Source: Eledone cirrhosa (Eukaryota). From it: a stretch of DNA of 64,000 bases. The notes below the pieces were generated by a model that had not been told where the DNA came from, did no database searches, and saw only the letters and a program-made list of their open reading frames with translations. The DNA is taken from assembly GCA_964016885.1 (NCBI GenBank), contig OZ024740.1, positions 49,290,001 through 49,354,000 on the forward strand, given 5' to 3'. Below are positions 37,482 to 52,432 of this stretch, piece after piece. Numbering within the stretch: the stretch's first letter is position 1; the number at the start of each line of letters is the position of its first letter. The position numbers and the translations under genes were made by a program.

Positions 37482-40400
37482 GTTTGTTTTTGCTATTTCA
37501 TTTCATTGGGAAAATCGTGAAATCATCTTCCAAATTACCCACAGTCCAGTATTCCTGTCTCCGTTTTAAAATAACAACTTTTTAAATTGACTAAATTCTG
37601 AAAGAAGTCTGTATCAATGAAATATTGTAGAATCTGTAAATTGGGGATGCTTTCATGATTTACTCCATAGAGTGAGAAAAGCATAATACAATTCTCCTGA
37701 AAAAGATTTGAATTCTCGATCTACAGACAAAAAGTATTTGTCATTTACGATCTCATATCAAGTCTGAGGACTAAACTATACGACGTGTGTGTTGTAAAGT
37801 ATGTGATTATTGAATCAAAAACAAGACAAAGTATTGCAGCATCATTTTTGGTAGAGCGGAGGACTGTAATAGTATTTATCTGTTATCCATAGATCGATGG
37901 CTCGAATCCGTCTCGCGAGAGTTGTAAATCATAAAAAAACCTCTTCACACGACTAACTACACATTTAAATGAATCTGATTATTGAATCATTAATGACGTT
38001 ATAAACAATACATTGGTTTTGTAGCATTATTTGTAAGGGTATATTAAGGAACCCGGGAAAGTTCAATTGGTTGACTCGACCACTGTAGTAGTGTTGATGT
38101 TGACATTAGGTTGATGGTTTAAATCTCGCGAGATTGTGATTTTGTGTTATATTTTAATCATTATGCTATATAAATCATGAAATCATCTTCCAAACAACAA
38201 ACACGCCAGTGTTTCTGTTTGTGTTTTTAAAGTACTCATCTCTTTTGCCAGCTACTGTCAACATTTTGTTCCTGTAAATGTCACTCAACACAATTGTATA
38301 TTCCAGACTACGTTAACTTTTACACATGCCTCTACCTAACAAATCTATTCTTTCAGTAAATGTGGAATACATGACATCTTTGTAAATATATTCAGATATT
38401 AGTAACAATCATCAACTCAATGAAACGCCGACTCATTCCAGAATCTTTCTCAGCAAGACAAAAGATGTTTTACTTAATATTGTAACAACCCCAAACCTTT
38501 AACCTCTAATCTTTGTTATCCCTACATTTATCCTTCTTAATATGAGTGAGGTTGATATACTTCCATAGATGTATTCAATGAATCTCAGGATATACAAGAT
38601 TGTAAGATATTCTCGCTATAAGATATTCCCCTTCTCTTTCGGTTGATTAAATATTGTAAAATGTAATGTCTTTGAAATGAAGTCGACTTCCTTAATGTGA
38701 TAATAGGATAGGTGAATTGTATTTGTTATAAACAAACCATTCCAAGAATTCAGAAGTCTTCAATAAAATGTTGGTTTCTAATGGAATGGTATAGTCTGTT
38801 TTGAGGTAATACCACTGTGAAGAATGTATATTGAATAACTGAATAAATCATTTGACGTCATAAAGAAATATTTGGTATTGTGATATTTATTATATTTAGC
38901 GCAAAGACATTCTAATGTAGTTGACTTATTAATTTAAAACTTTACTTTAACACACCGTCAGAACTGATAGTGTATATGGTGGTACCATCAATTGCAGTTA
39001 AATAGGATGAAATTTCCTCTTCAAAACACGCTGCCGTCTCCTAACAAATATGAATGTACTACTATTTAAATCATTGAAACATCGCAATAGTTCTCTGTAT
39101 AGACATGAAACATCAACTGATCTAAATTGTGCCACCGATTCAAAAACACACAATTTTTTGAACAGTTTGATCGCACAATATTATCTCGAAATTTGCGACG
39201 TCAGCATTGGTTTAAATCTAATATTCTGAATCATTAAATTAATGTAGTTGATTCAGTTCAAAAGAATTTAATATTTGAAATATTTTACCAAACGAAAGAA
39301 TATTGTAATACCGTTGACTCTCGTTAATCTTGAAACATCACTATATTTAACTGTATAGAAATATAATATCTACTGATATATAGTAGTAAATACAAATGAA
39401 GCCGTTGACTCGTTAAAATTGAAAATTTATTTTAACATATAATTAATCTGGATTAATAATGTATATAGAAATGTGTCATCAATTGAAGTAAATACGAGGA
39501 CATTTTGTGCTTAAAACATCCTACCGTCTCCTAACAAACCTGAATCTATTGCTATATAAATCTTTGAATACAATGTACAAACTGATTCAATGATGGCAGT
39601 TATGTCAACTGTAGTTACAGGTGTGACATTATACTGAGACTAATAACTCAGGCATGTAAATATATATCAGATAAGAAATATCTTACAACATGGAATATTC
39701 TGAGATTCACTGAATACATTTATGGAAGCATAGTTATATATTTAGCAGGATAAATATAAGAAAAGTACATTGAAATCTGTATGTTTGGATTATAATGTGA
39801 CAGTGGCATATTTTGCTGAACTTATTACATCGAAACCACTTGAAACATTCAGATATTAGTTTCTGAACGTATTTTTCAGTTCATTGTAGAAATCATTTGT
39901 CAGTTTTGAGCTAATATTATGTTGTAAGTCCAAACTACACGATATATTTGTCATTGGAAAGAATGTGATTATTGAATCATTAAATCAATCACTTTAGGTC
40001 ATAAAGAAAACATTGATATTGAAGCATTACTTGTGGCGAGATTTTAAGATACTCTCGATAGCACAACCGGTAGAATCCTTAGATCGACGGTTCGAAGACT
40101 TCTCGCGAGACTTGTGGTTCTGTATTTTGTGTTTAATCATGATGGAAAAAAATATATTGAAAAAAGCCCTGATATAGAAATTTATCAGACTGTACAACAC
40201 AAGTTGATGTTGACAGTAGTCGTATAAATCCCGTAGTAATTATATTACATTGCTCGTCGTTATTCAGTTAATGTTCATACAATTGCCATAACTCCCACAC
40301 CCAAATGTAGAGTTGTCTGGCGTGCTTGACACAGGAGTGGAACGAATTCGAAAGATGACTGCATGATTTATACGTAATAAAATATCAAAAACAAAGAAAG

Positions 40401-41657
40401 TCTCGCGAGACGGATTCGAACTATCGCCCTAAGTACAACGACTAATCACTACTACAGTCCTCCGCTCTACCAACTGAGCTATCGCAAGATGCTTGTAATC
40501 AAACCAAAAATAATGCCCTTTTATGGCGTCAAATGACTGTCCTAACCATTTTATAATCACATATTTTGTAAAGATACACAAATCGTGTAGTTTCGTCGTA
40601 CATTATGGTAATATGTCGAACATTACCAATACTTTGAAACAAGAAACTAACATTGGTTCAAGTCTAATGTTCTGAATCATCCCATTAACAAGGCTGACTT
40701 AGATTCAAAGAATTTTATAAGATTTGAAATATTTTATCAATCGAAAGAGTATTCTAGTACCGTTGAATCGTTAAAACTGACAATTTACTTTGCGACTTGT
40801 ATAAGTCAGTCTGGAGAGATAGTGTATACAGAGGTGTCAGTAATTGTAGTTAAAGGCTATGAAATTTCCTGTTCAAAAGATTCAACCGCTCCCCATGAAG
40901 TATGAACACGCCGTCGTTATTATATTGAAACATCAATATATTTCTTTCTATCGGAATATAATATTTACAGACGGTATATGTATATATTAATTGTATTCGA
41001 AAAGATATTTGATATAGTACAGAAATTGCTTCAAAAACTAAGTTCCTGCATTTAAATCAATCCACTCTCAGTCCATTACATGCTTCTGAGGCTTCCCCTA
41101 TCGAACTGGTTCAAGAATCTGAATATCTGGGTGTTACACTGACTCTGTGTATGATATGACCACCTGAATTGGTAAAACATGCAGTGCAATAACTTCACTA
41201 GAAAAAGATCTACAAAGTGCAAAGCTACGGTGAAACCCGTCGTATTATATGGTCCAGAATCCTGGACTCTCAGTGTTGCTCGCTCAAGGAGAATTGATGG
41301 TTCCTGCAATTGATGTGTAACTTTGTGCATGTTTCACCTTCATTGGAAGAATGATTCAATAAGACGAGAAGTAATTCATAAATAAATGTATGTTGAAACA
41401 TGTCAGATAAACTGTACACACCTCCTCAAGCATGGCAGCTGTACGGTAACCATTCAGAACATTATTCCTGGACCACTTTTGAAGTTCTCCGTAAAAAGTA
41501 TTGGTTATTTTCAATCTTATTCCAAGCTGAACGACCAAAATTACACGAAGCATGTGTTATTGTAAAGTATGGGATTATTGAATCTGTGGCGCAGTCTTTT
41601 GAGTTCATAAACAAGACATAGGTATTGTAGCATTATTTTTAGGGGAACTGCTAGTAA

Positions 41658-41745
41658 CTCGCGATAGCTCAGTTGGTAGAGCGGAGGACTGTAGTAGTAT
41701 TTACCTGTTATCCTTAGGTCGATGGTTCGAATCCGTCTCGCGAGA
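41658..41745 (+). tRNA. tRNA-Tyr-GTA: tRNA-Tyr(GTA) gene A, unit 7
   Basis: Perfect 88-nt consensus. Confidence 0.95.
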
Positions 41746-42374
41746 GTTGTATGTTTCTATTTTATTGCAGGTAAATAAAGAAAACGTTTTCCAAATTACT
41801 CGCTCTCTAGTATTCCAGTTTCTGTTTTAAAATAACAATTGTTTAAATTAACTGTTGTCACATAATTTTTACGCAATACAATTATATTTACCATCTCTCG
41901 TTCCATTGTAAAAGAGAAGTACTGTAGAAGTTTACTCGATATAGTGCATAGCTCGGTAATATAGAGTCACTCTAGGTAGAGTCACTACTTCTTCAAATTG
42001 AGAGATCACAGCTCTAATATTTCAATCATGTGATTAGAATGTCAGTGGACAGATTTTAAAGGCAAAACCAAGTGGGGGTACAGCCTGAGAACGACGCCTA
42101 TTCTTTCCTATTTCTCTCTATCGGTGTTTAATATAACAGACGGTATATACTACTAATTACACTTGAAAATATATTTTATATACTACAGTAATTGATACGA
42201 AGATAAGTGAAGAAAAATATTGGTCATTTTCAATATTATATCAGGCTGGACAACCAAACTACACGAAGTGTGTTTCAAATAAAGTATGTGATTATTGAAT
42301 CTGTAGCACAGTCATTTGACTCCATTAATGAGACATAGGTATTGTAACATTATTTTCAGTCGCATATCCTGTAC

Positions 42375-42462
42375 CTCGCGATAGCTCAGTTGGTAGAGCG
42401 GAGGACTGTAGTAGTATTTACCTGTTATCCTTAGGTCGATGGTTCGAATCCGTCTCGCGAGA
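42375..42462 (+). tRNA. tRNA-Tyr-GTA: tRNA-Tyr(GTA) gene B, unit 7
   Basis: Perfect 88-nt consensus. Confidence 0.95.
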
Positions 42463-45400
42463 GTTTGTTTTTGCTATTTCATTTCATTGGGAAAATCGTG
42501 AAATCATCTTCCAAATTACCCACAGTCCAGTATTCCTGTCTCCGTTTTAAAATAACAACTTTTTAAATTGACTAAATTCTGAAAGAAGTCTGTATCAATG
42601 AAATATTGTAGAATCTGTAAATTGGGGATGCTTTCATGATTTACTCCATAGAGTGAGAAAAGCATAATACAATTCTCCTGAAAAAGATTTGAATTCTCGA
42701 TCTACAGACAAAAAGTATTTGTCATTTACGATCTCATATCAAGTCTGAGGACTAAACTATACGACGTGTGTGTTGTAAAGTATGTGATTATTGAATCAAA
42801 AACAAGACAAAGTATTGCAGCATCATTTTTGGTAGAGCGGAGGACTGTAATAGTATTTATCTGTTATCCATAGATCGATGGCTCGAATCCGTCTCGCGAG
42901 AGTTGTAAATCATAAAAAAACCTCTTCACACGACTAACTACACATTTAAATGAATCTGATTATTGAATCATTAATGACGTTATAAACAATACATTGGTTT
43001 TGTAGCATTATTTGTAAGGGTATATTAAGGAACCCGGGAAAGTTCAATTGGTTGACTCGACCACTGTAGTAGTGTTGATGTTGACATTAGGTTGATGGTT
43101 TAAATCTCGCGAGATTGTGATTTTGTGTTATATTTTAATCATTATGCTATATAAATCATGAAATCATCTTCCAAACAACAAACACGCCAGTGTTTCTGTT
43201 TGTGTTTTTAAAGTACTCATCTCTTTTGCCAGCTACTGTCAACATTTTGTTCCTGTAAATGTCACTCAACACAATTGTATATTCCAGACTACGTTAACTT
43301 TTACACATGCCTCTACCTAACAAATCTATTCTTTCAGTAAATGTGGAATACATGACATCTTTGTAAATATATTCAGATATTAGTAACAATCATCAACTCA
43401 ATGAAACGCCGACTCATTCCAGAATCTTTCTCAGCAAGACAAAAGATGTTTTACTTAATATTGTAACAACCCCAAACCTTTAACCTCTAATCTTTGTTAT
43501 CCCTACATTTATCCTTCTTAATATGAGTGAGGTTGATATACTTCCATAGATGTATTCAATGAATCTCAGGATATACAAGATTGTAAGATATTCTCGCTAT
43601 AAGATATTCCCCTTCTCTTTCGGTTGATTAAATATTGTAAAATGTAATGTCTTTGAAATGAAGTCGACTTCCTTAATGTGATAATAGGATAGGTGAATTG
43701 TATTTGTTATAAACAAACCATTCCAAGAATTCAGAAGTCTTCAATAAAATGTTGGTTTCTAATGGAATGGTATAGTCTGTTTTGAGGTAATACCACTGTG
43801 AAGAATGTATATTGAATAACTGAATAAATCATTTGACGTCATAAAGAAATATTTGGTATTGTGATATTTATTATATTTAGCGCAAAGACATTCTAATGTA
43901 GTTGACTTATTAATTTAAAACTTTACTTTAACACACCGTCAGAACTGATAGTGTATATGGTGGTACCATCAATTGCAGTTAAATAGGATGAAATTTCCTC
44001 TTCAAAACACGCTGCCGTCTCCTAACAAATATGAATGTACTACTATTTAAATCATTGAAACATCGCAATAGTTCTCTGTATAGACATGAAACATCAACTG
44101 ATCTAAATTGTGCCACCGATTCAAAAACACACAATTTTTTGAACAGTTTGATCGCACAATATTATCTCGAAATTTGCGACGTCAGCATTGGTTTAAATCT
44201 AATATTCTGAATCATTAAATTAATGTAGTTGATTCAGTTCAAAAGAATTTAATATTTGAAATATTTTACCAAACGAAAGAATATTGTAATACCGTTGACT
44301 CTCGTTAATCTTGAAACATCACTATATTTAACTGTATAGAAATATAATATCTACTGATATATAGTAGTAAATACAAATGAAGCCGTTGACTCGTTAAAAT
44401 TGAAAATTTATTTTAACATATAATTAATCTGGATTAATAATGTATATAGAAATGTGTCATCAATTGAAGTAAATACGAGGACATTTTGTGCTTAAAACAT
44501 CCTACCGTCTCCTAACAAACCTGAATCTATTGCTATATAAATCTTTGAATACAATGTACAAACTGATTCAATGATGGCAGTTATGTCAACTGTAGTTACA
44601 GGTGTGACATTATACTGAGACTAATAACTCAGGCATGTAAATATATATCAGATAAGAAATATCTTACAACATGGAATATTCTGAGATTCACTGAATACAT
44701 TTATGGAAGCATAGTTATATATTTAGCAGGATAAATATAAGAAAAGTACATTGAAATCTGTATGTTTGGATTATAATGTGACAGTGGCATATTTTGCTGA
44801 ACTTATTACATCGAAACCACTTGAAACATTCAGATATTAGTTTCTGAACGTATTTTTCAGTTCATTGTAGAAATCATTTGTCAGTTTTGAGCTAATATTA
44901 TGTTGTAAGTCCAAACTACACGATATATTTGTCATTGGAAAGAATGTGATTATTGAATCATTAAATCAATCACTTTAGGTCATAAAGAAAACATTGATAT
45001 TGAAGCATTACTTGTGGCGAGATTTTAAGATACTCTCGATAGCACAACCGGTAGAATCCTTAGATCGACGGTTCGAAGACTTCTCGCGAGACTTGTGGTT
45101 CTGTATTTTGTGTTTAATCATGATGGAAAAAAATATATTGAAAAAAGCCCTGATATAGAAATTTATCAGACTGTACAACACAAGTTGATGTTGACAGTAG
45201 TCGTATAAATCCCGTAGTAATTATATTACATTGCTCGTCGTTATTCAGTTAATGTTCATACAATTGCCATAACTCCCACACCCAAATGTAGAGTTGTCTG
45301 GCGTGCTTGACACAGGAGTGGAACGAATTCGAAAGATGACTGCATGATTTATACGTAATAAAATATCAAAAACAAAGAAAGTCTCGCGAGACGGATTCGA

Positions 45401-46638
45401 ACTATCGCCCTAAGTACAACGACTAATCACTACTACAGTCCTCCGCTCTACCAACTGAGCTATCGCAAGATGCTTGTAATCAAACCAAAAATAATGCCCT
45501 TTTATGGCGTCAAATGACTGTCCTAACCATTTTATAATCACATATTTTGTAAAGATACACAAATCGTGTAGTTTCGTCGTACATTATGGTAATATGTCGA
45601 ACATTACCAATACTTTGAAACAAGAAACTAACATTGGTTCAAGTCTAATGTTCTGAATCATCCCATTAACAAGGCTGACTTAGATTCAAAGAATTTTATA
45701 AGATTTGAAATATTTTATCAATCGAAAGAGTATTCTAGTACCGTTGAATCGTTAAAACTGACAATTTACTTTGCGACTTGTATAAGTCAGTCTGGAGAGA
45801 TAGTGTATACAGAGGTGTCAGTAATTGTAGTTAAAGGCTATGAAATTTCCTGTTCAAAAGATTCAACCGCTCCCCATGAAGTATGAACACGCCGTCGTTA
45901 TTATATTGAAACATCAATATATTTCTTTCTATCGGAATATAATATTTACAGACGGTATATGTATATATTAATTGTATTCGAAAAGATATTTGATATAGTA
46001 CAGAAATTGCTTCAAAAACTAAGTTCCTGCATTTAAATCAATCCACTCTCAGTCCATTACATGCTTCTGAGGCTTCCCCTATCGAACTGGTTCAAGAATC
46101 TGAATATCTGGGTGTTACACTGACTCTGTGTATGATATGACCACCTGAATTGGTAAAACATGCAGTGCAATAACTTCACTAGAAAAAGATCTACAAAGTG
46201 CAAAGCTACGGTGAAACCCATCGTATTATATGGTCCAGAATCCTGGACTCTCAGTGTTGCTCGCTCAAGGAGAATTGATGGTTCCTGCAATTGATGTGTA
46301 ACTTTGTGCATGTTTCACCTTCATTGGAAGAATGATTCAATAAGACGAGAAGTAATTCATAAATAAATGTATGTTGAAACATGTCAGATAAACTGTACAC
46401 ACCTCCTCAAGCATGGCAGCTGTACGGTAACCATTCAGAACATTATTCCTGGACCACTTTTGAAGTTCTCCGTAAAAAGTATTGGTTATTTTCAATCTTA
46501 TTCCAAGCTGAACGACCAAAATTACACGAAGCATGTGTTATTGTAAAGTATGGGATTATTGAATCTGTGGCGCAGTCTTTTGAGTTCATAAACAAGACAT
46601 AGGTATTGTAGCATTATTTTTAGGGGAACTGCTAGTAA

Positions 46639-46726
46639 CTCGCGATAGCTCAGTTGGTAGAGCGGAGGACTGTAGTAGTATTTACCTGTTATCCTTAGGT
46701 CGATGGTTCGAATCCGTCTCGCGAGA
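46639..46726 (+). tRNA. tRNA-Tyr-GTA: tRNA-Tyr(GTA) gene A, unit 8
   Basis: Perfect 88-nt consensus. Confidence 0.95.
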
Positions 46727-47355
46727 GTTGTATGTTTCTATTTTATTGCAGGTAAATAAAGAAAACGTTTTCCAAATTACTCGCTCTCTAGTATTCCAGT
46801 TTCTGTTTTAAAATAACAATTGTTTAAATTAACTGTTGTCACATAATTTTTACGCAATACAATTATATTTACCATCTCTCGTTCCATTGTAAAAGAGAAG
46901 TACTGTAGAAGTTTACTCGATATAGTGCATAGCTCGGTAATATAGAGTCACTCTAGGTAGAGTCACTACTTCTTCAAATTGAGAGATCACAGCTCTAATA
47001 TTTCAATCATGTGATTAGAATGTCAGTGGACAGATTTTAAAGGCAAAACCAAGTGGGGGTACAGCCTGAGAACGACGCCTATTCTTTCCTATTTCTCTCT
47101 ATCGGTGTTTAATATAACAGACGGTATATACTACTAATTACACTTGAAAATATATTTTATATACTACAGTAATTGATACGAAGATAAGTGAAGAAAAATA
47201 TTGGTCATTTTCAATATTATATCAGGCTGGACAACCAAACTACACGAAGTGTGTTTCAAATAAAGTATGTGATTATTGAATCTGTAGCACAGTCATTTGA
47301 CTCCATTAATGAGACATAGGTATTGTAACATTATTTTCAGTCGAATATCCTGTAC

Positions 47356-47443
47356 CTCGCGATAGCTCAGTTGGTAGAGCGGAGGACTGTAGTAGTATTT
47401 ACCTGTTATCCTTAGGTCGATGGTTCGAATCCGTCTCGCGAGA
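47356..47443 (+). tRNA. tRNA-Tyr-GTA: tRNA-Tyr(GTA) gene B, unit 8
   Basis: Perfect 88-nt consensus. Confidence 0.95.
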
Positions 47444-50400
47444 GTTTGTTTTTGCTATTTCATTTCATTGGGAAAATCGTGAAATCATCTTCCAAATTAC
47501 CCACAGTCCAGTATTCCTGTCTCCGTTTTAAAATAACAACTTTTTAAATTGACTAAATTCTGAAAGAAGTCTGTATCAATGAAATATTGTAGAATCTGTA
47601 AATTGGGGATGCTTTCATGATTTACTCCATAGAGTGAGAAAAGCATAATACAATTCTCCTGAAAAAGATTTGAATTCTCGATCTACAGACAAAAAGTATT
47701 TGTCATTTACGATCTCATATCAAGTCTGAGGACTAAACTATACGACGTGTGTGTTGTAAAGTATGTGATTATTGAATCAAAAACAAGACAAAGTATTGCA
47801 GCATCATTTTTGGTAGAGCGGAGGACTGTAATAGTATTTATCTGTTATCCATAGATCGATGGCTCGAATCCGTCTCGCGAGAGTTGTAAATCATAAAAAA
47901 ACCTCTTCACACGACTAACTACACATTTAAATGAATCTGATTATTGAATCATTAATGACGTTATAAACAATACATTGGTTTTGTAGCATTATTTGTAAGG
48001 GTATATTAAGGAACCCGGGAAAGTTCAATTGGTTGACTCGACCACTGTAGTAGTGTTGATGTTGACATTAGGTTGATGGTTTAAATCTCGCGAGATTGTG
48101 ATTTTGTGTTATATTTTAATCATTATGCTATATAAATCATGAAATCATCTTCCAAACAACAAACACGCCAGTGTTTCTGTTTGTGTTTTTAAAGTACTCA
48201 TCTCTTTTGCCAGCTACTGTCAACATTTTGTTCCTGTAAATGTCACTCAACACAATTGTATATTCCAGACTACGTTAACTTTTACACATGCCTCTACCTA
48301 ACAAATCTATTCTTTCAGTAAATGTGGAATACATGACATCTTTGTAAATATATTCAGATATTAGTAACAATCATCAACTCAATGAAACGCCGACTCATTC
48401 CAGAATCTTTCTCAGCAAGACAAAAGATGTTTTACTTAATATTGTAACAACCCCAAACCTTTAACCTCTAATCTTTGTTATCCCTACATTTATCCTTCTT
48501 AATATGAGTGAGGTTGATATACTTCCATAGATGTATTCAATGAATCTCAGGATATACAAGATTGTAAGATATTCTCGCTATAAGATATTCCCCTTCTCTT
48601 TCGGTTGATTAAATATTGTAAAATGTAATGTCTTTGAAATGAAGTCGACTTCCTTAATGTGATAATAGGATAGGTGAATTGTATTTGTTATAAACAAACC
48701 ATTCCAAGAATTCAGAAGTCTTCAATAAAATGTTGGTTTCTAATGGAATGGTATAGTCTGTTTTGAGGTAATACCACTGTGAAGAATGTATATTGAATAA
48801 CTGAATAAATCATTTGACGTCATAAAGAAATATTTGGTATTGTGATATTTATTATATTTAGCGCAAAGACATTCTAATGTAGTTGACTTATTAATTTAAA
48901 ACTTTACTTTAACACACCGTCAGAACTGATAGTGTATATGGTGGTACCATCAATTGCAGTTAAATAGGATGAAATTTCCTCTTCAAAACACGCTGCCGTC
49001 TCCTAACAAATATGAATGTACTACTATTTAAATCATTGAAACATCGCAATAGTTCTCTGTATAGACATGAAACATCAACTGATCTAAATTGTGCCACCGA
49101 TTCAAAAACACACAATTTTTTGAACAGTTTGATCGCACAATATTATCTCGAAATCTGCGACGTCAGCATTGGTTTAAATCTAATATTCTGAATCATTAAA
49201 TTAATGTAGTTGATTCAGTTCAAAAGAATTTAATATTTGAAATATTTTACCAAACGAAAGAATATTGTAATACCGTTGACTCTCGTTAATCTTGAAACAT
49301 CACTATATTTAACTGTATAGAAATATAATATCTACTGATATATAGTAGTAAATACAAATGAAGCCGTTGACTCGTTAAAATTGAAAATTTATTTTAACAT
49401 ATAATTAATCTGGATTAATAATGTATATAGAAATGTGTCATCAATTGAAGTAAATACGAGGACATTTTGTGCTTAAAACATCCTACGGTCTCCTAACAAA
49501 CCTGAATCTATTGCTATATAAATCTTTGAATACAATGTACAAACTGATTCAATGATGGCAGTTATGTCAACTGTAGTTACAGGTGTGACATTATACTGAG
49601 ACTAATAACTCAGGCATGTAAATATATATCAGATAAGAAATATCTTACAACATGGAATATTCTGAGATTCACTGAATACATTTATGGAAGCATAGTTATA
49701 TATTTAGCAGGATAAATATAAGAAAAGTACATTGAAATCTGTATGTTTGGATTATAATGTGACAGTGGCATATTTTGCTGAACTTATTACATCGAAACCA
49801 CTTGAAACATTCAGATATTAGTTTCTGAACGTATTTTTCAGTTCATTGTAGAAATCATTTGTCAGTTTTGAGCTAATATTATGTTGTAAGTCCAAACTAC
49901 ACGATATATTTGTCATTGGAAAGAATGTGATTATTGAATCATTAAATCAATCACTTTAGGTCATAAAGAAAACATTGATATTGAAGCATTACTTGTGGCG
50001 AGATTTTAAGATACTCTCGATAGCACAACCGGTAGAATCCTTAGATCGACGGTTCGAAGACTTCTCGCGAGACTTGTGGTTCTGTATTTTGTGTTTAATC
50101 ATGATGGAAAAAAATATATTGAAAAAAGCCCTGATATAGAAATTTATCAGACTGTACAACACAAGTTGATGTTGACAGTAGTCGTATAAATCCCGTAGTA
50201 ATTATATTACATTGCTCGTCGTTATTCAGTTAATGTTCATACAATTGCCATAACTCCCACACCCAAATGTAGAGTTGTCTGGCGTGCTTGACACAGGAGT
50301 GGAACGAATTCGAAAGATGACTGCATGATTTATACGTAATAAAATATCAAAAACAAAGAAAGTCTCGCGAGACGGATTCGAACTATCGCCCTAAGTACAA

Positions 50401-51627
50401 CGACTAATCACTACTACAGTCCTCCGCTCTACCAACTGAGCTATCGCAAGATGCTTGTAATCAAACCAAAAATAATGCCCTTTTATGGCGTCAAATGACT
50501 GTCCTAACCATTTTATAATCACATATTTTGTAAAGATACACAAATCGTGTAGTTTCGTCGTACATTATGGTAATATGTCGAACATTACCAATACTTTGAA
50601 ACAAGAAACTAACATTGGTTCAAGTCTAATGTTCTGAATCATCCCATTAACAAGGCTGACTTAGATTCGAAGAACTTTATAAGATTTGAAATATTTTATC
50701 AATCGAAAGAGTATTCTAGTACCGTTGAATCGTTAAAACTGACAATTTACTTTGCGACTTGTATAAGTCAGTCTGGAGAGATAGTGTATACAGAGGTGTC
50801 AGTAATTGTAGTTAAATGCTATGAAATTTCCTGTTCAAAAGATTCAACCGCTCCCCATGAAGTATGAACACGCCGTCGTTATTATATTGAAACATCAATA
50901 TATTTCTTTCTATCGGAATATAATATTTACAGACGGTATATGTATATATTAATTGTATTCGAAAAGATATTTGATATAGTACAGAAATTGCTTCAAAAAC
51001 TAAGTTCCTGCATTTGAATCAATCCAGTCTCAGTCCATTACATGCTTCTGAGGCTTCACCTATCGAACTGGTTCAAGAATCTGAATATCTGGGTGTTACA
51101 CTGACTCTGTGTATGATATGACCACCTGAATTGGTAAAACATGCAGTGCAATAACTTCACTAGAAAAAGATCTACAAAGTGCAAAGCTACGGTGAAACCC
51201 ATCGTATTATATGGTCCAGAATCCTGGACTCTCAGTGTTGCTCGCTCAAGGAGAATTGATGGTTCCTACATCAAGACATTACGTGTGTAACTTTGTGCAT
51301 GTTTCACCTTCATTGGAAGAATGATTCAATAAGACGAGAAGTAATTCATAAATAAATGTATGTTGAAACATGTCAGATAAACTGTACACACCTCCTCAAG
51401 CATGGCAGCTGTACGGTAACCATTCAGAACATTATTCCTGGACCACTTTTGAAGTTCTCCGTAAAAAGTATTGCTTATTTTCAATCTTATTCCAAGCTGA
51501 ACGACCAAAATTACACGAAGCATGTGTTATTGTAAAGTATGGGATTATTGAATCTGTGGCGCAGTCTTTTGAGTTCATAAACAAGACATAGGTATTGTAG
51601 CATTATTTTTAGGGGAACTGCTAGTAA

Positions 51628-51715
51628 CTCGCGATAGCTCAGTTGGTAGAGCGGAGGACTGTAGTAGTATTTACCTGTTATCCTTAGGTCGATGGTTCGA
51701 ATCCGTCTCGCGAGA
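51628..51715 (+). tRNA. tRNA-Tyr-GTA: tRNA-Tyr(GTA) gene A, unit 9
   Basis: Perfect 88-nt consensus. Confidence 0.95.
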
Positions 51716-52344
51716 GTTGTATGTTTCTATTTTATTGCAGGTAAATAAAGAAAACGTTTTCCAAATTACTCGCTCTCTAGTATTCCAGTTTCTGTTTTAA
51801 AATAACAATTGTTTAAATTAACTGTTGTCACATAATTTTTACGCAATACAATTATATTTACCATCTCTCGTTCCATTGTAAAAGAGAAGTACTGTTGAAG
51901 TTTACTCGATATAGTGCATAGCTCGGTAATATAGAGTCACTCTAGGTAGAGTCACTACTTCTTCAAATTGAGAGATCACAGCTCTGATATTTCAATCATG
52001 TGATTAGAATGTCAGTGGACAGATTTTAAAGGCAAAACCAAGTGGGGGTACAGCCTGAGAACGACGCCTATTCTTTCCTATTTCTCTCTATCGGTGTTTA
52101 ATATAACAGACGGTATATACTACTAATTACACTTGAAAATATATTTTATATACTACAGTAATTGATACGAAGATAAGTGAAGAAAAATATTGGTCATTTT
52201 CAATATTATATCAGGCTGGACAACCAAACTACACGAAGTGTGTTTCAAATAAAGTATGTGATTATTGAATCTGTAGCACAGTCATTTGACTCCATTAATG
52301 AAACATAGGTATTGTAACATTATTTTCAGTCGAATATCCAGTAC

Positions 52345-52432
52345 CTCGCGATAGCTCAGTTGGTAGAGCGGAGGACTGTAGTAGTATTTACCTGTTATCC
52401 TTAGGTCGATGGTTCGAATCCGTCTCGCGAGA
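52345..52432 (+). tRNA. tRNA-Tyr-GTA: tRNA-Tyr(GTA) gene B, unit 9
   Basis: Perfect 88-nt consensus. Confidence 0.95.
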